Source of the DNA: Haliotis cracherodii
Taxonomy: Eukaryota
Direction: 5' to 3'
DNA length: 64,000 nucleotides
Assembly (NCBI RefSeq): GCF_022045235.1
Contig: NW_027266308.1
Coordinates: 54,746,001-54,810,000, forward strand
Shown here: piece after piece, positions 38,631 through 52,300 of the stretch
Numbering within the stretch: the first letter of the stretch is position 1
Layout: each line of letters opens with the position of its first letter
Made by a program: the position numbers and the translations under genes
Notes under the pieces: generated by a model
Told to the model about the DNA's origin: nothing
Database searches by the model: none
The model's input: the letters and a program-made list of their open reading frames with translations, nothing else

Positions 38631-41600
38631 ATATAAGTGCAATAATCTTGGACGCGACGTTAAACCCAATTTCACCTCACCTCACCTCATATATTGGCAT
38701 CAATCTAATCTGTATAATTAATATGATCACATGAATAGACATAATGTTGGTCCCATACTTTAACAGATTTAGAATTGTTTTCGACGTATGTTTCTATAGG
38801 CTCTCATACTATTCGTGGCATTAACATTACTTGACGGGGCCGCGTGGATCCGCAAACTAAGTAATATCTTAAAGAAGGTCAAGCTGCAAGCTATCCAGTT
38901 AATCGTCACGAAGATAAAAACTACAGAAATACATTTTCAGTTACTTCATCATGCCACAAATTAGGATAAGGGCATTCTTGACCCACTGCAAATATCAAAT
39001 TTGTAAGTTCCGAACACTTTTATTGTTCTATCTAAATACTATATCTAAATACATGACATCTAGCCTTTAATTTTCTTGGACTTGCTCGTTTCGGACTTTT
39101 TGGCATCGCCAAGTACATATGAATGGCTATGACTGAAACTATCAGATTTTTCAAAGGAATGAGGGAGACTTTTACCCCATGTTTGTGTTGTCTCCATCTA
39201 CAACGCCTGAAAAAAGACTTTTTCGTGTTCAAGTATTATTTTAGAAAACCTCTAACATAAGTTGTTTTAAAACATTTTAGCGGCAACTGTGCATTTAGTG
39301 TTATAAGTCCAAGACACACACCTGTTGAATACACAAATTGCACAAGTTATATAATGATTTCTGATAGCGTAGCTCATTCCTCAGATGAGGCAGATACTGT
39401 AGGCCGAAGAAGGACCTTACTGTACCCTGTCCTCTCCTTTCTTCACAGAAACTTATCTAGCAATTTCAATTACGCCTTGACACACATCAAATTCAAATAG
39501 TTTCAAATGGTAGTATACTGACGCTAATGGCCATGTTCCCGGTGTACACAGTGTTTGCCGATGTTGGGAACTGTGAAAGGCTGCAAGAAGCCAGGCCAAG
39601 TGGAGGTGGCGTTCCAGTGGCCAATCAGAGGACTGTTGGAAATTGGAACGCATATCATTAATGAAAAGGCGTTGAAAAAGGTAGCGTATAAACTCGCTCC
39701 AGGAAATATGATAATCATCATGTAAAATGAAAACTCATTCACTCACTCTAGTCATTGTCTATTCGCTACTGAACCGCTTTCGTGGCCTAGTGGTAGAGCG
39801 TCCGCCCGGAGAGCGGAAGGTCCGGGGTTCGATCCAATTTCACCTCACCTCACCTATTCGCTACTGAGACACACTCCTTCTCCGGTATGGGGAAACAACA
39901 GTATCGCCTGCAGTACAACTTTAGGCGTCCTGGTGACAACACACCTATAGAGCTGGCGTGGACGACTGTCGTAGTAATTAATTGGATACGCGTTAGAACT
40001 GTTTGTTTGTTTAACGCTGCACTCGGCAATATCACAGCTATATGACGGCGGTCTGTACATAATCGAATCTGGACCTGACAATCCAGTGATTGACATCATG
40101 AACATCGATCTATGCAATTGGGATCAATGACATGCATCAACCTAGTCAGCGAGCCTGACCACCGATCCCGTTAGTCGCCTCCTACGACCAGCATTGTCGC
40201 CTTTGATGGCAAGCATCGGTTGCTGAAGACCTATTCTACCCCGGATCTTCACGGGTCGGATACGCGTCAGACAAACCAGTAGTTGATAATATGAGAACTG
40301 AACCGAGTCGTCCCCACATTACGCCGACAAGATGACATGATACTGTTTAAATTAGCTTTTTACCAAGCTCATCCTTTAATCTTTCGACACTTTGTATACA
40401 GATTGACACCATCAAGGAAGGCGATAGTGTGCGGATCATTGAAGATGTCAATGAAATGAGACGACTTCAATTGGGCCATGGTGGATACAGCCCCATTATG
40501 TCAATGGTGGGTCTACAACACCTACTTTCCTCAAAAGCACACCAATACCGTTTAAATATGTTAAATCTATCTCTGCATTTGGTAAGTACTGATGTTGACA
40601 TATACCTTCAACCAGAGGTGTCGCATTGTACTTCCTTTTATCATAAAGCTGACGCCGTAAGTCTATGATAGCTTTTGTTTGCCATGTTGGCAACGTTCCA
40701 ATAAGAAAAGATAACTCATCCTCAAATCCGGACATCCTGGCATTCATATCCGGATAATACCGGATTAAAACAGATACAAAATCAGACATTGGGCAAAAAA
40801 ACACCTCTTCCTCACTTACGGGCCTGAAATCGTTCAAACGTAACAGGAGCGGTCGGGTAGCCTAGTGGTTAAAGCGTTCGCTCGTCACGTCGAAGACCCG
40901 GGTTCGATTCCCGACATGGGTACAATGTGTGAAGCTCATTTCTGGTGTCCCCGCCGTGATATTGCTGGAATATTGCTAAAAGCGGCGTAAAACCATACTC
41001 ACTCACTCAAACGTAACATGTGTCATTACCTGCACAACGATTTGAAATATTTGTATGACCGTTTCGTGACTTCTATGATTGAATTCATTGAACCTAAACT
41101 CACTCACTTCACAATTTGCTAAACTGAATCTTACGGTCATTCAGACATTGAGCAAAAAGATCACCTCACCCCCACTTACGGGCTGAAATCGTTCACATGT
41201 TACATGTTTCATAACCTGCACAATGATGAGAAATATTTGCATGACCGTTTCGTGACTTCTATGATTGAATTCATTCAACCTAAACTCACACACTTCACAA
41301 TTTGCTAAATTGAATCTTACGGTCATTCAGACACTTGGCAAGGTTGGAAAGGTCCGTGCGGTCAACCCACTCGGTGATGTAGTGGTCAGTTTCGGCAGAG
41401 TTGTGTGGCACTTCAGTCCTGCCTGCTGCAGTCGAGTCCAACCACAGCGAGAGGACAACCTGGAAGAGCTGGATGATGGACACAGCACATTGATAGGTTA
41501 CCATAAGATAACCTCAAGACTTAAGATAGATTTTGTTTGTTTTTGTTGTTTAACGCCGCACTCAGCTATATTCCAGCTATACTACGGCGGTCTGTAACCA

Positions 41601-44600
41601 GACAATCCAGTGATTGATATCATGAGCATCGATCTACGAAATTGGGATACGATGGCATGCATCAGCCAAGTCAGCGAGCATTTGCAAGTTATAAAACAGC
41701 GTTAAAGGTTCAAAACATGTAGTCACCTTTTATAGTCCGGTTTATGTAATATTTATTACAAAGAAACTTGAAGTCTTGGGAAGCATTGACAGTATATCGA
41801 GTTATCCGCACTTTGAGACAACTAAACCTTAGTCCCTCAGGTGATTCTACTTGAAGTTACTCTGTCTCTATCGATTGAAGGAGTGCGAGTTAATGAAGCT
41901 TTACTGAAATTTTAACAAATTATGGTGAACAGGTGCGATATGATTTCAGGTGACTCCAGCCCTGATGTGTTCCTACCCACCATGGTGGACGGTAGCCCCA
42001 CGACAGACGAAGGCCTGATTGCAAAGGCAAACGGCATGTTTGATGCTTTTTCCAAACAGAACTTCAGCCTCTTCATGATGATTTTTAAGTTGGATGAGAG
42101 ACTGGTAAGTGCAGGCTCTAAAAAATTAATACCGTATTTCCTCTATTTGACGTCGAGGATCTAAAACACGCCAGCCTCTAATTGACGCCGGTGCACTAGG
42201 CTCAAACGACTCCCCCTAAATTTGAATCTTGACTCATATGGACCTAGGCCCCCACATGACTCCCCTAGCCAGGCTCAAAACACTCCCTCTAGTTCAGCTA
42301 ACTCCCCCACTGGGTTCAAATGACTCCCCTTGTTTGGAATTAAAATGATTACAGAAAAGATGAAACATATCTTGTATTATAAAGGTTTCCAACCCCTCTT
42401 CCTCATTTTCTATTCTAAAATGTCAGGTTAAGAACAATCCCCAATATTGTGTGTCAGATGTTTAGTACCAGTTATTTTATTTTATTAAAGTTTTATTTTT
42501 AACTTTATTTGGGAAAAACTTAAATCACTAAAATAGAAGCCGGGCCTCCATCAGACGTCGGGGCCATCGTTTGATGAAATTAATTATCCCTATGACATTT
42601 AATTACGTGATGTAATGATAACTCCCTTCACACAATAATAACTGTTTCCTGCAAGTGTAACCTGTGTATGCCTGTAGAATGTGGGATTCAGTGAGGTAGT
42701 GAATTGCCATTGTGCCAGCATGAAACAGATTAGACGCCTCTCATAGACGTCGGGTCAACGGCTTGTACGTAATTAATAGACGCCCGGGCATCTAATAGAG
42801 GAAATACTATAGCTTCTTTACGAAGACTGTCAATTTTCATAAGGCTGCGCGGCTTCTTCCGCATGGAAATAATTGAGAGGTTGAACGACGTCGTGCATTT
42901 TCTGTCAGTTAGTATAATTTTACCACAATGAATGCTCTTATCGCGTCACAAAACGGTTCCTTCTGTCATCATGTAACGTGGTGGGCATCGATCTAATACA
43001 GACCGCATCTACATTGTAATGACAAATGAAATCAACATGTATCAAGTTTTTTAATGTAAACATAGTGTTTATTTGTCTCGAACAAGCAGGTGTCTTTCCT
43101 TTCAGGACCAAAAACAGAATTTTTATTTTGATCATTGTTGTTTTTTTCCTTCCAATTAGAAAAATATCATTCATCATGGAATAACGCCCCTGATTCTCGC
43201 CTGCTCCGCCGGCGTTGTCGATGTCGTGAAGCAATTGTTGGATGAAGGAGTGGACATCAACCAGAAGGATGTGGGACAACAGACGCCATTGTTACACGCC
43301 CTCTTCAGGTAAAAGCCCACTGCGCTACACCTTATGTATTGGTCTGTGGCGAATACCAGTGGTGAATTTTAGGGATAAACGTATTGCCTTTTCCGATATG
43401 CGTATTTGGAGTATTTGAAACCTGGGTATTTTATTTGAACCTACGGCAACATGTGTCTCAGGTCAGATCAGGTCCAGAATATTACATTAAACATTTACTC
43501 CTGCAGAGACGCAGATGATGTCCTCGAGATCTTGTTGGCGCGAGGCAGTGACGTGAACCTGGCGGGTCAGCAAGGCATCACTCCGTTACACATGACTGTC
43601 ATAAATAAAGGGACGAAACACGTCAGTCTCCTGGTGGAGAGGAAAGCAGATGTCAACATTCGGGTAAACTGAAACACGCATCTCAGTTTGTTAGTAAGGA
43701 CGCTGTGAAAGCCCTTTATCCATCCAATGCTGATGCACTACTAATTATTTCAGTCTCATTGATGATGCACTACACTTCAAATTTGACTTCACCTCGATCG
43801 CGATCCCGTCGCTTCAGAATAGCGTCCGTTCCCGTTACCATCTCTTCGACATATATTATACTGTGTTCCAACTTCATCGCGTTCCCGTCGCGTCAGAAAA
43901 GCGTCCGTTCCCGTAACCAATCTCCTCAAGATATATATTGTGTTCCAACCTCATCACGGTCCCGTCGCGTCAGAATAGCGTTCGTTTCCGTAACCAATCT
44001 CCTCGACGTATATATTGTGTTCCAACCTCATCGTGATCGGAACGCGATCGACTTCCATGACCTGATTGGGCCCGTGAAGATTCCGGGGTAGAATAGGTCT
44101 TCAGCAACCCATGCTTGCCGTAAAAGGTGACTATGCTTGTCGTAAAATGCGACCAGCGGGATCGGGTGGTCAGGCTCGCTGACTTGGTTGATGCGTGTCA
44201 TCGATCCCAATTGCGTGGATCGATGCTCATGATATTAATCAATGGATTGCCTGGTCCAGACTCGATTATTTACAGACCGCCGTCATATAGCTTGAATATT
44301 CCTGAGTGCGGCGTTAAACAACAAACCAAACCAAACCATGACCTGATTGCGATCGATTATGTAGAAATCCTTAACACTGGCATTCGAGTCGTCCTTGTTT
44401 GAGGTTAGCAAGGATTAATATCAGTACCAAAGTCATCTTATGTTCATTGACCTTCATTGCTAGTGGTAAGAGGCGACTAACGGGATTGAGTGCGGCGTAA
44501 AACAACCAACCAACCAACCAAACTATGGAGTCAGTTTTGGGAATATCTGAGACTAATTATTATTCTTTTCAGTTCGTAGCTTGTCCTTCAAAATACGTTT

Positions 44601-45984
44601 TCGCGAGAGCTTGTCAATGAGCTAAACGCGGTTTAAAAAATATTGTGCCTATTTCCCAAGGTAAATAGATTACGGATGGTTTTGAAATTGGTTTACATAA
44701 AGGCTTATTTATTATTAGACCGCCGTCATACAGTTTGATATTGCTGACAACAAACCAACATTAACCATTGCCTTTTCTTTGGCTAACACAACACATAATG
44801 CGTGTCGTCGATGCCCCATAAGGTGAAATACTAACTCCTTAACAAAAATTACTCCCTACCTAGTGTAAAAAATAGACTGATAAAGGCTTGACAGTCTCAA
44901 TCCTGAAGATGCGTATTACATAGGCGACCCCGGGAATATCTAGTTCCTTGAAGCATGATTTATATGTTCGTCTCATTAAAATGGATGCGGTAGGACCTAT
45001 CATAAACGATTGACATATTCCGTTGGCATACATTCCAAAAAGGTGGATCAATATTATTATAACCAGATCGTTTACTCCGATACGATACCCGTGTCAAGCA
45101 CGGCGACAAACAGAGAGGTATCATATTGGAGTAAACCATGGGTCTATAATGAGATTGATCCACCGTTGAGAATGTATGCCAACTGAATACTAGTATATAC
45201 AAGGCTCGTGAAGATCCGGGGTAGAATACGTCTTCAGCAACCCATGCTGGCCGTAAGAGGCGACTAACGGGATCGGATAGTCAGGCTCGCTGACTTGGTT
45301 GATGCATGTCATCGATCCCAATTGCGTGGATCGATGCTCATGTTGTCAATCACTGGATTGTCTGGTCCAGACTCGATGTTTTTACAGGCCGCCGTCATAT
45401 AGCTTGAATATTGCGGAGGGCGGCGTTAAAGGAAGATGTAGATAATAATCCATCAACTCCAGAGAATAATATGTCTCCAGCACTTGCCGAAGCAAATGCC
45501 ATTGGAGGTAAAAGGCAAAATAGTGGTGAAAATTATTTGAACGGATCACTGAATCTCAATAATGACACCAGGTGTTCGCGAAAAGGGTAAGCATGTCCTG
45601 CTTTACCACTATAACACTTTCTCTTTTCTTTCTCTCCTAGGACAAGAATGGAAACACACCCATTCATGTCGCGATAGGAATGGGTAAAAAGGACCTGCTG
45701 TCTTTGCTGCTCAAAGCTGAAAATATTGATCACAGAATATGTAACCAAAGCAACTTCAACAACCTGCAGTTGGCATCACTGACAGGGAACTATGAGTAGG
45801 TTGATCCATTTGATAATTACTGCTTTGAATGGGCATATATACAAAACGCTTAAGGGTTACCCTTCTTCGTACAGGCAGCTTAGGCTGTATACTCCCTAGG
45901 GAGCTGAGAATGAAATCGAGTGCTCACTGATACTTTGGCCGAGGTCATAATGATGTAACGCTTGTGTGGTGTTTAAGTATTGTA

Positions 45985-46019
<35 letters not shown>

Positions 46020-46227
46020 CTAGTACTAGTACTAGTACTAGTAGTAGTAGTAGTAGTATAAAAAAAATATTTTTATTATTCACAGGTTAAAATAAATAAA
46101 TAAATGCAGCAAAGAGGGTTTGGATTATCCTAGAACAGTCAGACTGGTGAGAATGAAATCGACTGCTCACTGATACTTTGGCCGAGGTCATAATGATGTA
46201 ACGCTTGTGTGTAGTTTAAGTATTGTA

Positions 46228-46277
<50 letters not shown>

Positions 46278-46284
46278 CTACTAC

Positions 46285-46322
<38 letters not shown>

Positions 46323-49300
46323 TAAAAAAAATATTTTTATTATTCACAGATTAAAATAAATAAATAAATGCAGCAAAGAGGGTTTGGAATATCCTAGAAC
46401 AGTCAGGCTGGTTAGCTCAGGGCCCTTGCCCTCTCTAAACGCAGCCCAGACAACGAATGGGTCTCCCCCGAAGAAGCCAAACCTAAGACACCGAGAACAA
46501 TGGGGAGTCGTACAACGTGGTACTTGGGATGCAAGCGTGACATTTCGAAAGCGAGCTCCGCATATTTGCCATGTTTTTCCTGAATTTTGTCGAACACATT
46601 AGTGTCAAAGGGGACAAAAAAATTCAATGATTAACATTATTTTATTGGATTTATCAAAAAGGACAAGATCAGGTTTATTGGCCTGGATACGTCTGAGGCT
46701 ATATACGGGCCTATTCCAACGTATTTATCATTTTCCCTGACGCCCTCTACATATTCTGGGTTGTACCATGGATGGACCTCTGTGTTTAAACCACAAGCAT
46801 GACGAAGACGGTAATAAAAGGATCGATCCACTCCATCATGTCGCTTAAGATACTATGTTTGTGCCAAAGCTGGGCATCCACTGACAATGTTTTGTCTCAG
46901 TAAATTCATTGCATAATCCACATTTTATATTTACATTTTCATGCAAAATCACACATAGACGGTTTCGAGTGGGAAGTGACTATTCCTGAGCATCAAACAG
47001 AAAGCCTTCTGTTTCACTTTTCAGGCCAGCCGAATTCAGCGAAGGACTCTGCAGGGTTGCTGATCACCCCACTGCGCATAAACTCGATGCAGTGGTCGTT
47101 CAGATAGCCACTCCTTCAAAAACTAGGCCGATTTGATTTGGCACTTCGTTTGGTTGACACTCATTTCTATATCGTCCAGCAGTACAGAACCATCAACAAA
47201 ATCAACATTGATATTGAGATTATGTCCCACATTATTATTTTCTACGGGATATCGTTCAATTGATACTAGTTATCCTTTTGATTACCTGTTACGATAACAA
47301 TGATCTTCACAATAAAAGTGATTATTGTGCCATAGGGACAGCTTCAAACAAAAATGTTTTCTGTCGAATACATGCTTCATCTTCTGGTGTGTTATTACAG
47401 AATTCTCCAACGGGTGATGGCCGTGACGCCACTCGATGTTGTCGACCTCGGGATGGTGGATACAAGGTTCACGGCGCTACATATTGCTGCTAACAATGGC
47501 CACACCGACTGTGCCACTATTCTCATCGAAAAGGTAAGACGATGATTAAATACAGAAATGACGGACTCTATTAAAGATGTATTATTCCATTGTTTTTCAT
47601 TACATATAGTTTGGCTTGGTTACAAGCGTATTAGGGGCGGTCGGGTAGCCTAGTGGTTAGAGCGTTCGCTCGTCACGCCGAAGACCCGGGTTCGATTCCC
47701 GACATTGGTACAATGTGTGAAGCCCATTTCTGGTGTCCCCCGCCGTGATATTGCTGGAATGTTGCTAAAAGCGGTGTAAAACCGTACTCACTCACTACAA
47801 GCGTATTAATACGTGTCCTAGATTTCACACATCCTCGATTGTCCCTGCTATTTTGATTAATACCCCAGACCCACGTCACAATAGCTTCGTGTGGAGTCCG
47901 ATAAAAATAGTTTTTCTCTTCAGCGAGATTGATGCAGTGATAAGCTGGAGATATATGATGACGTCACTTGCGAGATATCCCTGGACAATAGAGGATGTCT
48001 GACACAATCAGACACGTAAAACCCTATCTTGGTATCCTCCATCACGACCAAGATTCCTTCTCCCTAAGCCAATATCATCTTCCGTGCATCACAAAAAAAC
48101 AGAATGAAGGGTAATACTCGCAACAGATATGTTTGTTTTTCAGGGTAAGGCGAATGTTAATGCACAAAACATTCATGGAGTGACACCTCTAATTCTGGCC
48201 TGCTCGGGGCTGTATGACACTACTGTGGCTCTACTATTAAGGAAAGGTATTTGAAACACATCATGCCGCTGGTTCTGTAATTAATAATACTTACATCGTA
48301 TAAACTAATACTTAGTGGGGGCACGGGTGGCCCAGTCGTCTAAGGCGCCGCGAATCGCTGTGCAGAGTTGCGTCCCTTGGGCACGCCAGAAACCTATGAT
48401 TGTGGGTTCGCCCCAATTATGTTTCTAGGTTTGTCAGCACCATACCCATGCTCGTGGGTTTCACCGAAGTGGTAAACGTCTGACACCTGCAATCACTTCG
48501 GGCTTTCCTCCCACATTAAGCTGACACGCCTCGATATAACTGGAATACTGTTAAAAGCGGCGTTAACCCGACTCACTTACTCACTCACTAATACTTAGTA
48601 GTTTGAACCACCAGCTACAGGGGTCTCACACTCTGTATGCATCTGTAGTGCTACTCCTAGTATGTCTCCCAGACCCAAGAGACGAAATTAAGAAATGAAT
48701 TTAACTCAAGTCTAAAATGACATTCAGCATTGTTCTGGCTCCATTTTGATTTTATGTTCTATTTTGTAGATACGCTTTCAAATAAGATGACTTAACTTTG
48801 TTTCTGGGACTAGTAAAACACCTATTAATGAAGCATTAATCATAATCGAAATCACATGGGGAGTGATATATGTATGGTACATCATTTGGACACCACGTGC
48901 CACCGTCACACGTGCATGATTGTTGAAATGATAAAATACATTATCATGGGTGATGTTTAACTTGACAAATATGTGACATTTACTGTATGGATATACGTGA
49001 CATGACTGCCATGTACAGACGGGGCTTATACTAGTTCCAGACAAATAATGTTTTGATAAGGGGCGACCATTTTATAGTATGAGGGAACGGGATGGGGGCA
49101 AAGGATTTGTTTTGAAAACAAATTTGTCCTAAGGTTTTCCCCCTCAGAAACAGGCTCCTTCTTTCAGAGATAAATATGCGTGTTTTAAAGCATAGAATAA
49201 TCTGTCTCTTATATAAATCCCAGCCCAGAGTCATGCACGGTGTTGCACAGTCAGACCTAGGTAGAAGTGTTGCACAATCAGACCTAGGTAGAAGTGTTGC

Positions 49301-52300
49301 ACAGTCAGACCTAGGTAGAAGTGTTGCACAGTCAGACCGAGGTAGAAGTGTTGCACAGTCAGACCTATGTAGAAGTGTTGCACAGTCAGATCAAGGTAGA
49401 AGTGTTGCACAGACAGACCTAGGTAGAAGTGTTGCACAGTCAGACCTAGGCAGAAGTGTTGCACAGCCAGACTCAGATAGAAGTGTTGCACACTCAGACC
49501 CAGATAGAAGTGTTGCACACCCAGACCGAGATAAAAGTGTTGCACACTCAGACCCAGACAGAAGTGTTGCACAGCCAGACCTAGGAAGAAGTGTTGCACA
49601 CTCAGACCCAGATAGAAGTGTTGCACACTCAGACCCAGATACAAGTGTTGCACACTCAGACCCACACAGAAGTGTTGCACACTCAGACCCAGATAGAAGT
49701 GTTGCACACCCAGACCGAGATAGAAGTGTTGCACACTCAGACCGAGATAGAAGTGTTGCACACTCAGACCCAGAAAGACGTGTTGCACACTCAGACCCAG
49801 ATAGAAGTGTTGCACACTCAGACCCAGATAGAAGTGTTGCACACTCAGACCCAGATAGAAGTGTTGCACAGCCAGACCCAGATAGAAGTGTTTCACACTC
49901 AGACCCAGACAGACGTGTTTCACACTCAGACCCAGACAGACGTGTTGCACAGCCAGACCCAGACAGACGTGTAGCACAGCCAGACCTACAGTATAGATCA
50001 AAGTATATCACAGTCGGACCTAGGGTCATCTCGGCATATCCAGACCAGGCGTGGCATAATGTACATTCATTCATTTGAAGACCAAAGATCAGATCGGTCG
50101 TTGGTAAAGATTGACGTCATTTGAACTAGGACTATACACCTCAGTGAATATTTCTGTCAACATTATCTTCTCATCGTTACTTTCTCTTAGGTGCTGATGT
50201 CAGTGTCGCCGACAACGCAGGGGACACGCCTCTGCACTTCACCATCCGTCCACAGAGGGACCCGGCTATTCGATTCCTTATGGTACGGCATGTTACCAAG
50301 ATACAGCGCCTTTGGCGTATTCTTTGGCAGTTACACCTCATGTACCTACAAGAACATAAGGGGCGGTCGGGTAGCCTAGTGGTTTAAGCGTTCGCTCGTC
50401 ACGCCGAAGACCCGGGTTCGATTCCCGACATGGCTACAATGTGTGAAGCCCATTTCTGGTGTCCCCCGCCGTGATATTGCTGGAATATTGCTAAAAGCGG
50501 CGTAAAACCATACTCACTACAAGAACATAAATCAAAGGCTACGTGTTCTGTTTCGGGCGTTTAGAATAAATAAGTAATAATAAGTTTGGATTAAAGAATT
50601 ATGGGTATGGAGTTGTGTCTATGTAAAGCATACCAAATTAAATTGTCGGGTAGGCAGGCTTTTCCGCTGAGCGTTATTCATAATACTGCAGCTCACGATA
50701 TTGCAACGAAACTACATGGTGCGTGTAATTTTTAAAAAACACATTACTTTTCGGAAATCCCAATTGATGTAAAAACTTTACCCATGGATACGCCATGTTT
50801 TTTACTCTCATTCCCGTTACTCCATATAAACAGATAACTGGTTTAGGCTGTGTATTTATCGTGAATGCAGTCTTTTAACACGTTCGTGGAGTCTCATAAC
50901 CGTTACAATAGTCTTTTGAACGGGTGAAATAGTCTGGTGGATTAATTGGGACAGTGATGTGGAACTGGCCAGGTACACGAACTGTGGTACACAGCCATGG
51001 AATTGAGGTTCATACATGTTGTTTTAGGTTCCGAGACCTGACGAAAGCAAGGTGCGCATCAAAATAGCGTGCCTCCTCTTACAGAAAGGAGCGAACATAT
51101 ACAGAAGAAACGCCCAGGGGAGAACAGCCCTTGACTGTAACGACGACTCAACTATCAGGACAGCCGTGTTAACATTCACGGAACAGATGTACATCAATTT
51201 AGCACATTTAACATTATTGTACCGTATCATACACTTTAATTTGTGACTTGTGACTTGTGATGTGCGAAATATTCGTGATCTGATTACGTTTGTTTGTTTG
51301 ATGCTTTACGTCGCACTCAGCAATATTCCAGCTATATGACGGCGGTCTGTAAATAATCGAGTCTGGACCAGACAATCCAGTGATTGACATCGTGAGCATC
51401 GATCCACGCAATTGGGATACGATGACATGTATCAACCACAGCGATCCCGACCTCCCGATCCCGTTAATCGCCTTTTGCGACAAGCTTGGCGTGCTGAAGA
51501 TCTATTCTACCCCGGATCTTCACGGGTCCAATAATTTAGGGGAAAGGCTGTCGTATCTGGCCTGGTGTTTGTAAATCATAACGTTAGAGCCATGAGGTGC
51601 GGACAGGGTCTGTACAAACTACAGACAAGTCAAACAAACGTCAGCAATGGCCCCCCTTTTCAGTGCGTTATGTTACATCTCTGGATATGAGCGATGTGGA
51701 TGTGTGGATCGAATGTTGTCATATCACCATGTGTTGTTGCAGAAACCGTACAGTGAGTCTCTGTTAGTCTGGAAAAACAGTTTTCCAGACGTTAGCTGTT
51801 TTGGAGGTCTTTATATAACATTCAGGATATTACACATTCGTGACATTCGTGTTATTCCGGGACAAGCCGAATAGCAACTCGTGCTCCTCTCGTGACCATT
51901 TTTGCGACTGGGTTCCGTCTAACTCTTTGCGTATTATTTCCCCCATATATCATATATATTTCAGATGTTATTTAAAACACATCGGGGCATACAGTATCAT
52001 ACAGTATCATTGAACACATTAAACTGCATCTTGGGTATATTTTTTAATGCAATACATATGTAAAATCAACATTTTGTCCGAAGTACTTGAAGTCATACGC
52101 GCATTGCATTCTGGTTGGTTTGTCGTATTTTCGCACATAACAATCATCGATAGGGGGACGAGTCTTCGGTTACGGAAAGGGTCGAGTGGTGACAAATAGA
52201 TATTACATAGTTGTGAAGCCGGCGAGTTCACTGGGAATACGTCTGTCCGGATTGACGATGGTCTACTATACACAATTAACCATTTATTGTTTTACATGGC

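Noticed and set aside
44127-44402. Recurrent small ORF family (..ITGLSGPDSIIYRPPSYSWNIAECGVKQ..)
   Set aside because: Chance reading frame of SINE family B, with variable starts and frameshifts among copies.
47634-47706. tRNA-Asp(GTC)-like and other tRNA-like sequences
   Set aside because: They are SINE heads: the acceptor stem is imperfect, they run on into a SINE body and tail, and they are flanked by TSDs.
49176-50078. 300-aa SVAHSDPDR repeat ORF
   Set aside because: It is a 27-bp intronic minisatellite, and MIB exons 14 and 15 join in phase without it.
51743-51752. Possible 10-nt microexon (ttgcag|AAACCGTACA|gtgagt) in MIB intron 16
   Set aside because: It would shift the frame, and exons 16 and 17 already join in phase 2.
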